The translations under genes were made by a program, and so were the position numbers. The notes under the pieces were generated by a model. That model was not told the DNA's origin. It did no database searches and saw only the letters and a program-made list of their open reading frames with translations. DNA of 63,170 bases, counting the filler, from Myxococcota bacterium (GTDB lineage Bacteria; Myxococcota; Myxococcia; Myxococcales; Myxococcaceae): NCBI GenBank assembly GCA_049322255.1. It is 3 parts of 3 records of this genome, joined end to end, with 100 filler letters (N's around TTAATTAATTAA, not from the genome) between each part and the next. Parts side by side here need not be neighbours in the genome. Positions count along the whole stretch, not along the records: positions 30,351 to 60,544 come from JBMORE010000041.1; positions 60,645 to 63,170 come from JBMORE010000067.1; 1 more part is not named here. One strand, written 5' to 3'. Shown here one piece after another: positions 53,048 to 63,170 of the stretch. The first letter of the stretch is position 1. Every line of letters begins with the position of its first letter.

Positions 53048-55723
53048 TCAATAGGCAAGTGGGCGTCGCCGCCGTCGAAGCAGACCGCCCAAGGTTGCAA
53101 GAGCCAGAACCCCAAGGGAGCTCGTGCAGCCGCACCCCACGTTGGGCTTGGCCGGTGTGCACTCGACGACCACCTCGAGGGTTTGACTCTCGGTTCCGCC
53201 GTCTGAGGACGCCGTCAAACGCAGGGAGTGAGAGCCGGCTTGGTCGCGTGTAGGCACCCATGAAATCGCTCCGGTCGAGCTGTCGAGGGTCAGGCCGTCG
53301 GGCAACTCGCCACCGTCCGTCGCTTGAACGGAATAGGTGAATGGGCCGCCGGGAGCGGTGTACCGAAAAGGAAGGCCGCACCAGACCGTCGATGTCGGTG
53401 GGCCAAAGGCAGGTCGGCCACCTCCGTCAGCCGCATCGGGTTCGGAGAGGGTTCGTGCGCGCAGGCGCAGGCTCGACGACGAGGCATCGAGCGTGAGGTA
53501 GGCCGCCAGGTGTCGATTCGGGGCAGACGATGCCACCACCGGAAAAAGCTCGACGGCTGGCTCGGCGCTGACTGCAAACCCAGAGGGGTCGAGCACGACG
53601 CCCGAGGGAAGGACGCGTGCGGCGAAAACGTCGGGGGTGACTCCGGAGCGCAGATCCTCCCAGACCACCAGAAACTGATTTCCATCGTGCGCCACCTTGG
53701 GGGCACGCTGCGGGCCTCCAGCGACCGAGATGCCGAAGCGCTGACCTACGGGGCTGCCCTGCGCCAGGTGGACGGCGTACACGTCGGCCGATGTCCCCGA
53801 GTCCTCCCAGGCGACGAGGCAACGCGCGCCGTCGCAGGCCAGCGAGGGATACTGATGGGTGCCGGCATAGGCGGCGACGATGACGCCCATTCCGTCCGGC
53901 AGGGTGCCGTCGGGGAGCACTCGGGCGCCGAAAACGTCACCGGATGACGCCCGGCGCTCGTCGTACCAAACGACCTGGAAGCCTTCCGGGCTGGCGGCAA
54001 CGGCGGGTTGGGATTGCTCGGAACCGGTGACGACCGCAATGGGGAGCGCCGCGGTGTCGGTGACCGTTCCGTCAGGGGTGACGCGCGCGCCGTAGATGTC
54101 GCCCACGCTGCCTTCTCTCCACACCACCAGGAACTGGTTTCCACCGAACGCGACTGCGGGCTCGGATTGGTCGGTCGCACCGCCGGCAATCACGAAGGGA
54201 CTCGTGTCTTTCAGGGTGCCGGCCGGGTCCACCCGTTGGGCGACGATGTCCAGAGTGACTCCCTGATTCACGTAGGCGACGAGGTAGGAACCTCCACCGA
54301 ACACGACGCTGGGGTCGTACTGGGCACCTACCCCGGTGTTGATGGAAAAGCCTGTGGCGTCGAGCAGATTGCCTTCGGAGTCAACCCGCGCCCCCATGAT
54401 GTCTTGCGTTCCGTTCCGGTCGTCCTCCCAAACGAGGAGGTAGCCGGCTCCGTCGCTGGCGACTGCGACGCCGGTTTGGGCGTTTCCTGAGAGCGCCACC
54501 GGAAAGCCGGTTCCGTCCCTCAAGGAGAGGTCGGTGCCCATGCGGGTACCGAACACGTCTGGTGCTGCTTGGCGCCGTGTGTCCGTCCAGGTGAGGAAAT
54601 GCTGCCCGGCTCCGAAGACCAGCGAGGGGTCGCTCTGGTCGTTCGTGCCCGTGGAAAGGAAGACGCCGCCCGCCGCGTCGAGCAGCGTTCCGGTGGCGCT
54701 CACCCGCGCTGCGTAGAGGTCGAGCGTTGCGCCGCGCGCATCTTGCCAGGCTACGAGGAAGCTCATCCCGTCGTAGGCGACCTTGGGCAAGGATTGCGTT
54801 CCCGAGACCGCGCCGACGCCGAGCCCCTGAGGCTCGAGCACCGTTCCGTCGGGCAGGACGCGCGCCGCGTAGATGTCGTCGCTGGTGCTGGACCGTTCGT
54901 CGCTCCAGGATACCAACAGCTGCCCACCACCCATCGCCACGGAGGGGCTGCGCTGGTAGCTGGGCGCGGTGGAGATGGCGATTCCCGCTGGGTCCAACAC
55001 CACCCCGGCGGGAGACACCCGTGCTCCGAAGATGTCGGTCTCCGAGCTGGTGCCGGAGAAGCGCTCGTCGGCCCAAACCACCCAGTAGTTTGTTCCGTCG
55101 AAGGCGACCGCGGGGTTGTATTGAGCGTCGACCTCGGTGCTGATTGCCAACCCGCTGGGGTCGAGTACGACGCCAGCGCTGCTGACGCGGGCACCATAGA
55201 TGTCCTCGTTGAGCGTTCCGTTGCGCTCGTCCTCCCATACGACGAAGAAGTTCTGACCATCGAACGCCACCGCAGGGTTCATTTGGTCGTTGGCGAAGCT
55301 CGCAATCAGAAAGCCACCGTTGGCATCGAGCACGACGCCGTCCTTGCTCACCCGTGCGCCCCAGATTTCCTCCAGGAGGTCATCCCACCAAACCACCAGG
55401 TAGTTCGTCCCGTCGAATGCCACCGCGGGAGTTTCCTCATCACGCTGGGTGGTGGCGACGCCGATGCCCAGCTGGTCGAGCACCACGCCCGCCGGGGTCA
55501 CCCGCGCTCCGTAGATGTCGGAGGTCGACCACCGGTCGGACCGCACGTCGGCCCAAACGATGAAGTAGTTCGTGCCGTCGAAGCCAACCGCCGATTGGCT
55601 CTGAGCGTTGCTCGCCGGTCCCACGACCGGGGTGTCGATGGACAACTCTGGGGAGCTGGTGGGTACGCCCGCAGCGAGGACCCAAATCTGCAGGGCCAAG
55701 CCCAGTGGCGTGAGGGAGCACAT
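53048..55723 (-). CDS. Large repeat (beta-propeller-like) surface protein with Ig-like stalk and MYXO-CTERM
   Basis: Many repeats P.VAFDG.NYLVVW.D.R....DIYGARV...G.VLD; C-terminus GCGC-TM-RRRRR. Confidence 0.8.
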   Translation of the reverse strand: MCSLTPLGLALQIWVLAAGVPTSSPELSIDTPVVGPASNAQSQSAVGFDGTNYFIVWADVRSDRWSTSDIYGARVTPAGVVLDQLGIGVATTQRDEETPAVAFDGTNYLVVWWDDLLEEIWGARVSKDGVVLDANGGFLIASFANDQMNPAVAFDGQNFFVVWEDERNGTLNEDIYGARVSSAGVVLDPSGLAISTEVDAQYNPAVAFDGTNYWVVWADERFSGTSSETDIFGARVSPAGVVLDPAGIAISTAPSYQRSPSVAMGGGQLLVSWSDERSSTSDDIYAARVLPDGTVLEPQGLGVGAVSGTQSLPKVAYDGMSFLVAWQDARGATLDLYAARVSATGTLLDAAGGVFLSTGTNDQSDPSLVFGAGQHFLTWTDTRRQAAPDVFGTRMGTDLSLRDGTGFPVALSGNAQTGVAVASDGAGYLLVWEDDRNGTQDIMGARVDSEGNLLDATGFSINTGVGAQYDPSVVFGGGSYLVAYVNQGVTLDIVAQRVDPAGTLKDTSPFVIAGGATDQSEPAVAFGGNQFLVVWREGSVGDIYGARVTPDGTVTDTAALPIAVVTGSEQSQPAVAASPEGFQVVWYDERRASSGDVFGARVLPDGTLPDGMGVIVAAYAGTHQYPSLACDGARCLVAWEDSGTSADVYAVHLAQGSPVGQRFGISVAGGPQRAPKVAHDGNQFLVVWEDLRSGVTPDVFAARVLPSGVVLDPSGFAVSAEPAVELFPVVASSAPNRHLAAYLTLDASSSSLRLRARTLSEPDAADGGGRPAFGPPTSTVWCGLPFRYTAPGGPFTYSVQATDGGELPDGLTLDSSTGAISWVPTRDQAGSHSLRLTASSDGGTESQTLEVVVECTPAKPNVGCGCTSSLGVLALATLGGLLRRRRRPLAY

Positions 55724-55844
55724 GGGAACGCGGTCTATGAAACCCGAGTTGAATCGACCGCTCAAGCGACCTGGGCGTGCGTGCGCCGAAAGTTGGAACT
55801 GCAAAGTCGACGGTGGACTCATTCTCTGCTTCGCTTCTCCTGAC

Positions 55845-58703
55845 GTGGCTCGCTCATCGTGGATAGGCGTTGCGTCATTGTGGGGCGCGTTGCTGTGGGT
55901 GGGCTGTGAAGTGCCGAGCGCCCAGCGTCCCCCGGTGGAGGGCGGGCGAGCCGACGCCTTGAGGGGGGCCTCCTTCTCCGCCCTTCCGTCCATGGCCGAG
56001 CCTCGTTCGGTCTTCTCCGCGACGGTGCTTCCGACCGGCAGCGTCTTGGTCGCCGGAGGGGGAAACTCCCTCCCGGGAGAGCTGGACAGCGCCGAAATCT
56101 ATGACCCGCTTCGCAACCGGTGGCGCAGCGTCGCCGCCCTGCCTCAAGGCAGGTTCCTCCATGGGGCCAGCGTGCTGCGCGACGGGAGGGTGATGTTGAC
56201 GGGAGGAATCATCCAGGGCGCGGCGACCTCCTCCACCACACTCTTCGACGTGGAGCTAGAGAGCTGGAGCGCCGGGCCGCCGATGACCGTTCCCCGCAAC
56301 GACCTGACCGCGCACCTTCTGAACGACGGCCGGCTCATCGTCGCCGGGGGAAGCGCCGCCCCACCGTCGGCCGAGCTGTTCGACCCGCAGGCCAACACCT
56401 GGGCGCTGGCGCCATCCGGCGTGGGGTCGTTCTACGCGGGCTACGGCTCTTCCCGGCTCTCCCCCGACGAAGTGCTGTTCCACAGTCGGCCCCAGCCCAG
56501 AGTGTTTGACGCGGCGTCAGGTACATGGAGCTCGGTGGGGGCGATGACTGTGCTGCGTGGCAATGTCACCTCGGTGCTGCTTACCAACGGAATGATGCTG
56601 GTAGCGGGGGGTAACGTCTCGGGCATGGGGGCGTACCCGAACTGTGAGCTCTACGACCCGGTGGGCAGGGTTTTCGCTCCTGCGCAAAGCATGAACGACG
56701 CGCGGTACGACCACGCGGCGGTGCGCTTGCCCAGCGCGAAGGTCCTCGTTCTGGGTGGGGGTGGGGTGCAAAACGTGGTTTTGGGCTCGGCTGAAATCTA
56801 TGACCCGGCCTTCGATGTCTGGACCCTGGCGGCCTCGATGAGTACTGGGCGCGTTCTTCACTCAGCGACGGTTCTCTACCACGGAGGCGTGCTCGTCATG
56901 GGTGGGTATGGCGACACGACCGAACTGTCGACCGCGGAGCTCTTTCGCGTGTGGAACGACAGCGTCACGGGGGCGACACCCCTGCCGCGGCCTTCGGCGC
57001 GCCCTTCGGCTCTTCTGCTTCCGTCGGGAAACGTCTTGGCGCTGGCCGACCTGCCCCAGCTCTACGACCCTGTCGCCGACCAATGGACGTTGGTGGACTG
57101 GCAGCTCGGCGCCGCTCTGAAGTCGTCCACCCTGACGCTGTTGGCCGATGGACGTGTCTTTTTGGCTGGAGGACAGCTCGCCTCCACACCCACGGCGAAC
57201 GCGCTTCGTTATGAGCCGGCGACCGGAAGTTGGGCTGACGTCGCGCCGATGAGGTTTCCTCGCGCCGAGCACGTGGCGCTCGCTCTTTCCGACGGCCGCG
57301 TCGTGGTGGCCGGTGGATCAGATTCGGCAGGGCCGCTGCGAAGCGCGGAAACGTTCGAGCCGGCGAGTGGGACGTGGGCCTTGGCGGCGCCGATGCGGTT
57401 GGCCCGCAAGAACGCCCGTGCCGTGCTGCTTCCCTCCGGTGACGTGCTGGTCGTGGGTGGAGAGAGCTCCGCCGGCTCGCTGGACTCGGCCGAGGTATAC
57501 GAACCGCGAACCAACGCGTGGACGCTGGTGGCGCCGATGCAGGTTGGCCGCGCCGCGCCCATCGCCCAGCTGCTCCCCGACGGAACGGTGCTGGTCGCGG
57601 GCGGGTGGCAAGCGGGCACGCCGCTGTCCAGCGCCGAGCGGTTCGACCCTTCGACGCGCACCTGGGTCTCCGCGGCGCCGATGCTCGAAGCCCGCGCAGA
57701 CGCCAGCGCGACGCTGCTGCTCAACGGCAGAGTCTTCGTGGCCGGCGGCGAGGGGCCGCTCGGGGCGCTCGGCAGCGCAGAGCTCTACGACTTCGTCTCC
57801 AACAGCTGGGTGGCCGCCGCGCCGCTCGACGGACCGCGGACGAAGCACGTGGCCACGATGCTGGATGACGGCCGGGTGCTCCTGACCGGTGGGGAGGATG
57901 ATCAGCAAGCCCCTGTCGCCAGCGCGCTGCTGTACGACGAGGGCCGCGGGGCAGGCCCCAGCTGGACACCTACCCTCCAGCCCCTCTCCCAGGGTGTGAT
58001 GCGAGGGGCTCAGGTTCAGCTCACGGGGACGCTCTTCACCGGTGTCGGTGAAGCTTCCAGCGGTCAGTCACCCGCCCCCAATGATGCGCCGTTGCTCCTG
58101 TTGCAGCACGCCGAGTCGGGGCAGCACGCCCTGGGGAGGATGACGCGATGGACGAGCAGCTCCGCCAACGCCGAGCTGCCTACCGACATGCCTGGAGGCT
58201 GGGCTTGGGCGCGCGTGGTGGTGAACGGGGTACCCAGCCTCGCCCAGCCGATCTGGGTGAGCGACGGCTCGACAGTGCCCGTTTGCCCGAGCGGTCCCTG
58301 CACGCCTCCGCGCTTCGTCTCACCGCCCGTGACGAGCGCGGTGTGCTTCGAGCCTTACCAGTACCAACCGCAAGTCGAGGGCACAGGGCCCTTTCGATTC
58401 CACGTGAGCGGGCCTGGCGAGCGTACGGCGCCCGAGGGCTTCACGATGGACGAGGGCACCGGAGAAGCTCGCTGGGTCCCCTCGCGCGCGCAGGCGGGGG
58501 CTCAGCCCATCGAGCTGTGGGTCGACTCGCCGGGGGGCTCCGACCTTCAGGCGTTCACCCTCGAGGTGGAGTGCGCTCCGAGCCAGTACGTCGTCGGCTG
58601 TGGCTGCGGCGGCGGCGGAGCGTGGGGCGGCGGGCCGCTCCTGTGGGCGTGGCTCCTGTGGCGAGCGCGACGTCAGGGCAGCTGTCGCCGAAACACGCCC
58701 TGA
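55845..58703 (+). CDS. Kelch-repeat surface protein with Ig-like stalk and MYXO-CTERM-like tail
   Basis: Many R..H.A.LL.DG.VLVAGG...SAE.YDP...W repeats; lipobox-like WVG-C; GCGC-hydrophobic-RARR tail; start uncertain. Confidence 0.82.
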   Translation: MARSSWIGVASLWGALLWVGCEVPSAQRPPVEGGRADALRGASFSALPSMAEPRSVFSATVLPTGSVLVAGGGNSLPGELDSAEIYDPLRNRWRSVAALPQGRFLHGASVLRDGRVMLTGGIIQGAATSSTTLFDVELESWSAGPPMTVPRNDLTAHLLNDGRLIVAGGSAAPPSAELFDPQANTWALAPSGVGSFYAGYGSSRLSPDEVLFHSRPQPRVFDAASGTWSSVGAMTVLRGNVTSVLLTNGMMLVAGGNVSGMGAYPNCELYDPVGRVFAPAQSMNDARYDHAAVRLPSAKVLVLGGGGVQNVVLGSAEIYDPAFDVWTLAASMSTGRVLHSATVLYHGGVLVMGGYGDTTELSTAELFRVWNDSVTGATPLPRPSARPSALLLPSGNVLALADLPQLYDPVADQWTLVDWQLGAALKSSTLTLLADGRVFLAGGQLASTPTANALRYEPATGSWADVAPMRFPRAEHVALALSDGRVVVAGGSDSAGPLRSAETFEPASGTWALAAPMRLARKNARAVLLPSGDVLVVGGESSAGSLDSAEVYEPRTNAWTLVAPMQVGRAAPIAQLLPDGTVLVAGGWQAGTPLSSAERFDPSTRTWVSAAPMLEARADASATLLLNGRVFVAGGEGPLGALGSAELYDFVSNSWVAAAPLDGPRTKHVATMLDDGRVLLTGGEDDQQAPVASALLYDEGRGAGPSWTPTLQPLSQGVMRGAQVQLTGTLFTGVGEASSGQSPAPNDAPLLLLQHAESGQHALGRMTRWTSSSANAELPTDMPGGWAWARVVVNGVPSLAQPIWVSDGSTVPVCPSGPCTPPRFVSPPVTSAVCFEPYQYQPQVEGTGPFRFHVSGPGERTAPEGFTMDEGTGEARWVPSRAQAGAQPIELWVDSPGGSDLQAFTLEVECAPSQYVVGCGCGGGGAWGGGPLLWAWLLWRARRQGSCRRNTP

Positions 58704-60544
58704 TCCGTCGTCATCAGCGCCGTGGGCGGGCTTCCGGGCAGCACGGCGACACTCCAGGCCGCCACCGTTCCGGTGAGCCCGGTGTTGAACGCGCTGAACT
58801 GGTTGCCATCCGCGGCGTAGTAGGCGCCGTCCTGGGTGGCCGCCAAAATTCCTCCGCCGGAGGTGAAGGCCAGGTGGTTGACGAAGAGCGCCGCTCCGGC
58901 AAGGCCGCTGTCCAGCGAGCTGAAGGTCGCGCCTTGGTCGGTGCTCTTGCGAATTCCCACCGCCTGCAGACGGCCCACCAGATAGACGTTGTTGCTCGGG
59001 TCGACCTGCACGCCGTGCGCAACCCAACCCGGGCCGGTCCACACCTCTGAATACGAGCGTCCATTGTCCTGCGAGCGCCACAGCGCGGGGCCCGCAGCCG
59101 TCGTCACCCCGGCGAACAAAACTCCCGTGGCGTCGACTGCCAACGGCGAGAAGCGGAAGGTGGTTTTGAACACCAGCGAGCCACCCAAGAGCGCGGTGGG
59201 TGAAAAGGCGTGCCCATCGTCCTCGCTGAAGAAGACGCCTGTGTCCGGCCCGCCCGTGCCCACTTGCTCGACGGCACCTCGCCGCTGGTAGGCGTATACG
59301 CGTGTCGGAGACGAGGGGTCGAAGGCGACGGCGGCGATATTGCGTGCCAGCCCTTGCGGTCGAGTCGAGGTGCGGTCTGACAGGTGGTACTCGATGAGGC
59401 TGGTGGAGGCCCCTCCGCCCTCGAACAGGTCCTCGTCGGTGGCCAGGAAGAGGCGGTTGTCGTCGCGCGGGTCGACTGTCACGTCGGAGAAGGAGATGCT
59501 CCCCACCCCTTCGGCGACCCGCTCCCAGGTTTGGCCGCTGTCGGTGGTGCGGTAGAGACCGACGGCGGACAGAAGCCACCCTACCGAGCCGGTCACGGTC
59601 ACACGCGCCAAGAGCTCGTCCATTCCCGACGAGGGTTGAAAGCGCTTGCCACCGTCGGTGGAGACATAGAGGTTACCGGTCGTTCCCGCAAAAACCAGCT
59701 GCGCATCGTCGGGAGCCACCGCTACCGCCGTCACCACGGGGTCGATGAGGCACAAGCCCACCCGCTGTAATCCGGCCCCAAAGAATTGCTGCAGCCCTTG
59801 ACCCCGGGTCGCGGCCCACAGCGCGCCTGCGGCAACCGTGGCCTGGGCGATGTCGTCGGCCACCGGCCCTGCTGCGGTCTCGACCCGATGCCAAGTGCTC
59901 CCGCGGTCGGTGCTCTCCAAGAGCCCAGCATCTTTGGTGGCCAACAACAGCCGGTCGGGATTCTGGGCGTCGGTGGCCAAGGAGCGCACGTTGGCCAGCG
60001 GCACCGCGCCGAAAAGAGAAGCTCCTTCGGCGAGCGCGGTGAAGGTTTGGCCCGCATCGGTGCTCCGGTAGATGCGCGCGCCGTCTGCCAAGTAGAGCCA
60101 GTCTCGCTCGGCCACGTCGGCGGCGATGGCCAGCACCGGTCCACCGGGATTGGGGTCGACGCCGGTGAAAGGCAACGCCGTCCATGACCCGCCCGCATCA
60201 CGAACATAGAGGCTGGCGGCGGCCGACAAAGGCTGCGCCGCGCTCCCTTCCACCAGGGCGTAGACCCGCTCCGGAGCACCCGCGGCCACCGCCAGGGCAC
60301 GTACCCGCGCCGGGCTGTGCAGCCCACCGTTGACGAGGGTGAAGGAGACGCCTTCGTCGTCCGAGACGTACACCCCGTCGTTGGCGCTGCCTGAAAGCGA
60401 AGCCACCGCCGCGTAGATGCGCCCACTACCGGGAACGGAGACGAGCGCGGTGACGCTCGAGCCGGGGAAGCTCGCTACCGGCGCCAAGGTGGCTCCCTGG
60501 TCCGTCGAGCGGTAGATGTGCCCGCCTCGCCCCGAAATCAACCC
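58673..60544 (-). CDS. BNR/Asp-box beta-propeller protein (5'-truncated by gap)
   Basis: Repeated S.D.G.T(W/F) Asp-boxes. Confidence 0.78.
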   Translation of the reverse strand, partial: GLISGRGGHIYRSTDQGATLAPVASFPGSSVTALVSVPGSGRIYAAVASLSGSANDGVYVSDDEGVSFTLVNGGLHSPARVRALAVAAGAPERVYALVEGSAAQPLSAAASLYVRDAGGSWTALPFTGVDPNPGGPVLAIAADVAERDWLYLADGARIYRSTDAGQTFTALAEGASLFGAVPLANVRSLATDAQNPDRLLLATKDAGLLESTDRGSTWHRVETAAGPVADDIAQATVAAGALWAATRGQGLQQFFGAGLQRVGLCLIDPVVTAVAVAPDDAQLVFAGTTGNLYVSTDGGKRFQPSSGMDELLARVTVTGSVGWLLSAVGLYRTTDSGQTWERVAEGVGSISFSDVTVDPRDDNRLFLATDEDLFEGGGASTSLIEYHLSDRTSTRPQGLARNIAAVAFDPSSPTRVYAYQRRGAVEQVGTGGPDTGVFFSEDDGHAFSPTALLGGSLVFKTTFRFSPLAVDATGVLFAGVTTAAGPALWRSQDNGRSYSEVWTGPGWVAHGVQVDPSNNVYLVGRLQAVGIRKSTDQGATFSSLDSGLAGAALFVNHLAFTSGGGILAATQDGAYYAADGNQFSAFNTGLTGTVAAWSVAVLPGSPPTALMTTDQGVFRRQLP

Positions 60545-60644
60545 NNNNNNNNNNNNNNNNNNNNNNNNNNNNNNNNNNNNNNNNNNNNTTAATTAATTAA
60601 NNNNNNNNNNNNNNNNNNNNNNNNNNNNNNNNNNNNNNNNNNNN
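60545..60644. other. Artificial contig spacer
   Basis: N44 + TTAATTAATTAA + N44. Confidence 0.97.
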
Positions 60645-63170
60645 TGCGGCTTTTTGGCGAAACCGCGCTCGATGATTTTTCCTAGGGCCGCCGGCACCTC
60701 GGGGCGCCTTTGCGTGACCGGAACGTAGCGGCGAGCTCGAATGGCGGAGAACACCTCCTCCGGCGTTTCCCCCTGGAAAGGTCGCTCGAGGGTGAGCAGC
60801 TCGTAGAGACTGACGCAGGCGGCCCACAGGTCTCCCGCAACGCTGGAGTCGCCTTCAATCACCTCCGGCGAGAGGTAATACGGTTTTCCCACCACCGTGG
60901 AGGCCCCGGGCAGGCCGCGCGCCCGCGCCACCCCGAAGTCGCCCAGCTTCACCTCTCCCATACGGGAGATGAACATGTTGGAGGGGGAAACGTCGCAGTG
61001 GACGATGCCCAGCCGTTCTCCTTTGAGGCCCTTGGCGTTGTGGGCGTAGTCGAGCGCGTCGAACAACACCTTGGCCAAGTAGACTGCGAAGTCGATCGGC
61101 AGCTGGATGCCCAGCTGTTTACAGCGTCGCAAGATTTGTCCCAGGTCTCGCCCGTCGACGGCCTCCATCACCAGGAAGTAGCTCTCGTCCACCAACCCCA
61201 CCTCGAGCGTCTTGACGATGTTCGGGTGGTGAAGCTGCATGGTCAGGTCGGCCTCTCCGGCGAAGAGCTCCACGCACTCCGGGTCTTTGGCCACCTGGGG
61301 GAGCAGCCGCTTGATGGCCACCGTCTGGCCCGCCCGAGGCCCGCTCGTCGCCCGCGCGAAGAAGACCTCGGCCATTCCCCCTCGCCCCAGCCGGGAGAGC
61401 AGCTCGTAGTGTCCCAGCCGAACGGCGGTGGGCGCGCGGGGCGAAGGCTCGTTCTCCAACAGCTCGCGAATGGTGCGCTCGATGGGCGGGGGAGTGCCCG
61501 CGAAGAGGTTGAGAGCGCTGTCCAGAGCGGCCACCAGGGCCTCGCGCTCTTCCGGGCTGAGCGTAAACTCCACGCCCACTCCCGCGGCCTCGACGCTCAC
61601 CACCCGCCCGCTTCCCTTCAGCACGCTTCCGTTCGGGAGGGCCAGCTCCAAGGCCACCTCGGTCTGCAGCGGTAGCGCCGACGGGCCGCGCACGAAGACC
61701 CCGCCCAGCGCGAGCGCTTGCGCATCTCGAGCCAGCGCTTCCGCTTTTTCGTATCGCTTCCGCAGCACTGCCGGCTGGGTGGGGGCTGGATGCTGCTCCA
61801 CGGCAGCCGGACGCGCCAAGCGCCTGCGGCCCGTCGCTTCACGGCGCCGCTCGACGGCTTCCTCCACGGCGGTGGCGATCGCCTCGGGGCCGACCACCTT
61901 GTCCAGCGTGGCGTCGATGGACAGGCTGGAGGCCCAGCCGCCCGCCGCGGGCAGAACCCGTGCGGAGACGATGACGATGGCCAGGTCTTGCTCTCCCCCT
62001 GCCTGGCGAACGGTTCGTACCAGCGCTTCTCCATCCAGCTCGGGCATCCACAAGTCCGTCACCAACACATCGAGCTGGAGCAGCTCGTTGAGGAGGATGC
62101 GCAAGCCCTCCGCTCCGGTGGCCGCGGTCAGCACCTCGAAGCCTCGCGCAGCGAGGGTGTCACTCAACATCTGGCGGAGCAGCGCATCGTCGTCCACCAC
62201 CAACGCCCGACGGGGACGGCGAATGACTTGGGCGATCACCTCGCCCAGCGCAGCGTCGGTCGCCGCGTCGAGCTCGAACTCGATGCCCGTGCCCGATTCG
62301 GTCGTCCATACCACCCGGCCGGGAGTCGCCAGCACCCGTCCGTCGGGGAGCTCCATCTCGAAGATGACCCGCCGATCGACCGGCAGCGGCTTGGAGGTGC
62401 GAATGAAAGCCCCGCCCATGGAAAGGTGCTCGAGGTATTCGTCGCGCAAGCTCTGCGCGGTTTCGTAGCGGACGCGCACGGGGGTGGGTGGTTCTTCGAC
62501 CTTGGCCACGACGGGGGTGGGTGGAGTCGAGGAGGGGGCCGGAGATGTCTTGGGTGTCTTGCGGCGGGAACGCTCCAGCGCCGAGACGAACTCCGGCGGG
62601 GGCGCCTGGAGCTTCAGACGGAAGCCGAGCGGTTCGGCGGACTTTTTCCCCAAGTCCCGGGTGAGCGGGACCTGCGCCTCCACTTCGAACGCGTCGGCTT
62701 CGCCCGGCACCGACAGCATCGCTCGCACCCGATCTCCAATGGGAAGAGGGAAAGGGGTGCGTACGAACAGCTCTCCCGCCGCCCGGTCGTAGGTCACCAG
62801 GCCGTCGGCTTCTCCCACGGTGAGGTGAAGCTTCGGCCGCTCCGGGCTCGACCCCCCGGGGCCTCTGGAGACGCCGAGGGAGGTGAGCAGCTTCCCCCAC
62901 GCGTTGGGCAGCTGGTCGGGGGCAATCGCCTGGAGGCGGACGTCACACTCTTCGACCCTGGCGAGGAAGAGGGCCTTCTCCCGTTTGCGCAGATCGCTGA
63001 TGTGGACCGCCAACCCGCCTGCCTGGTGCGCCCAGAAAGCGAAGCGTGCATCGGCGTCGGGCCCGAAAGAACGCACGTCGAAACGGGCGATGCCGATGAG
63101 CAGCCGGGTCTTTCGCTGCACCGCCAGCTCGCACTGGGCGAGCGAGGCCTCGAAGAGGGGCTTCCAGGTC
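60645..63170 (-). CDS. Multidomain PilZ-like x3 / REC / Ser-Thr kinase (partial at both ends)
   Basis: HLSMGGAFIRT and LGGVFV PilZ-like segments; VVDDD..LVTDLWMP REC; GRGGMAEV, VAIK, HCDVSPSN, DFG; frame open to the window edge. Confidence 0.85.

Overview
GC-rich myxobacterial (Myxococcota, Myxococcaceae-like) DNA made of three contigs joined by artificial 100-nt spacers (N44-TTAATTAATTAA-N44 at 30251-30350 and 60545-60644), so adjacency across the spacers is unproven. Contig 1 (1-30250) carries assorted enzymes and a stress-type small-gene cluster, a complete alternative complex III (actA-G)-sco-caa3 oxidase operon (A2 type), a Pxr-like small RNA candidate, and a split atpD-(secreted ORF)-atpC operon. 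Contig 2 (30351-60544) carries the best candidate for an uncharacterised system: two paralogous diheme cytochromes, a cupredoxin lipoprotein, an outer-membrane beta-barrel with a CxxCH motif and two Ser/Thr receptor kinases with extracellular FGE-like domains, close to a Tat-exported GMC flavoprotein pair. It then holds an mts-like (VWA/thrombospondin-3) cohesion locus and MYXO-CTERM beta-propeller surface proteins. Contig 3 is a fragment of a PilZ-REC-kinase gene. A 35-bp BoxC-like palindrome occurs six times, apparently translated within the N-termini of three exported proteins. All calls come from motif reading and recalled family knowledge; no database searches were run.
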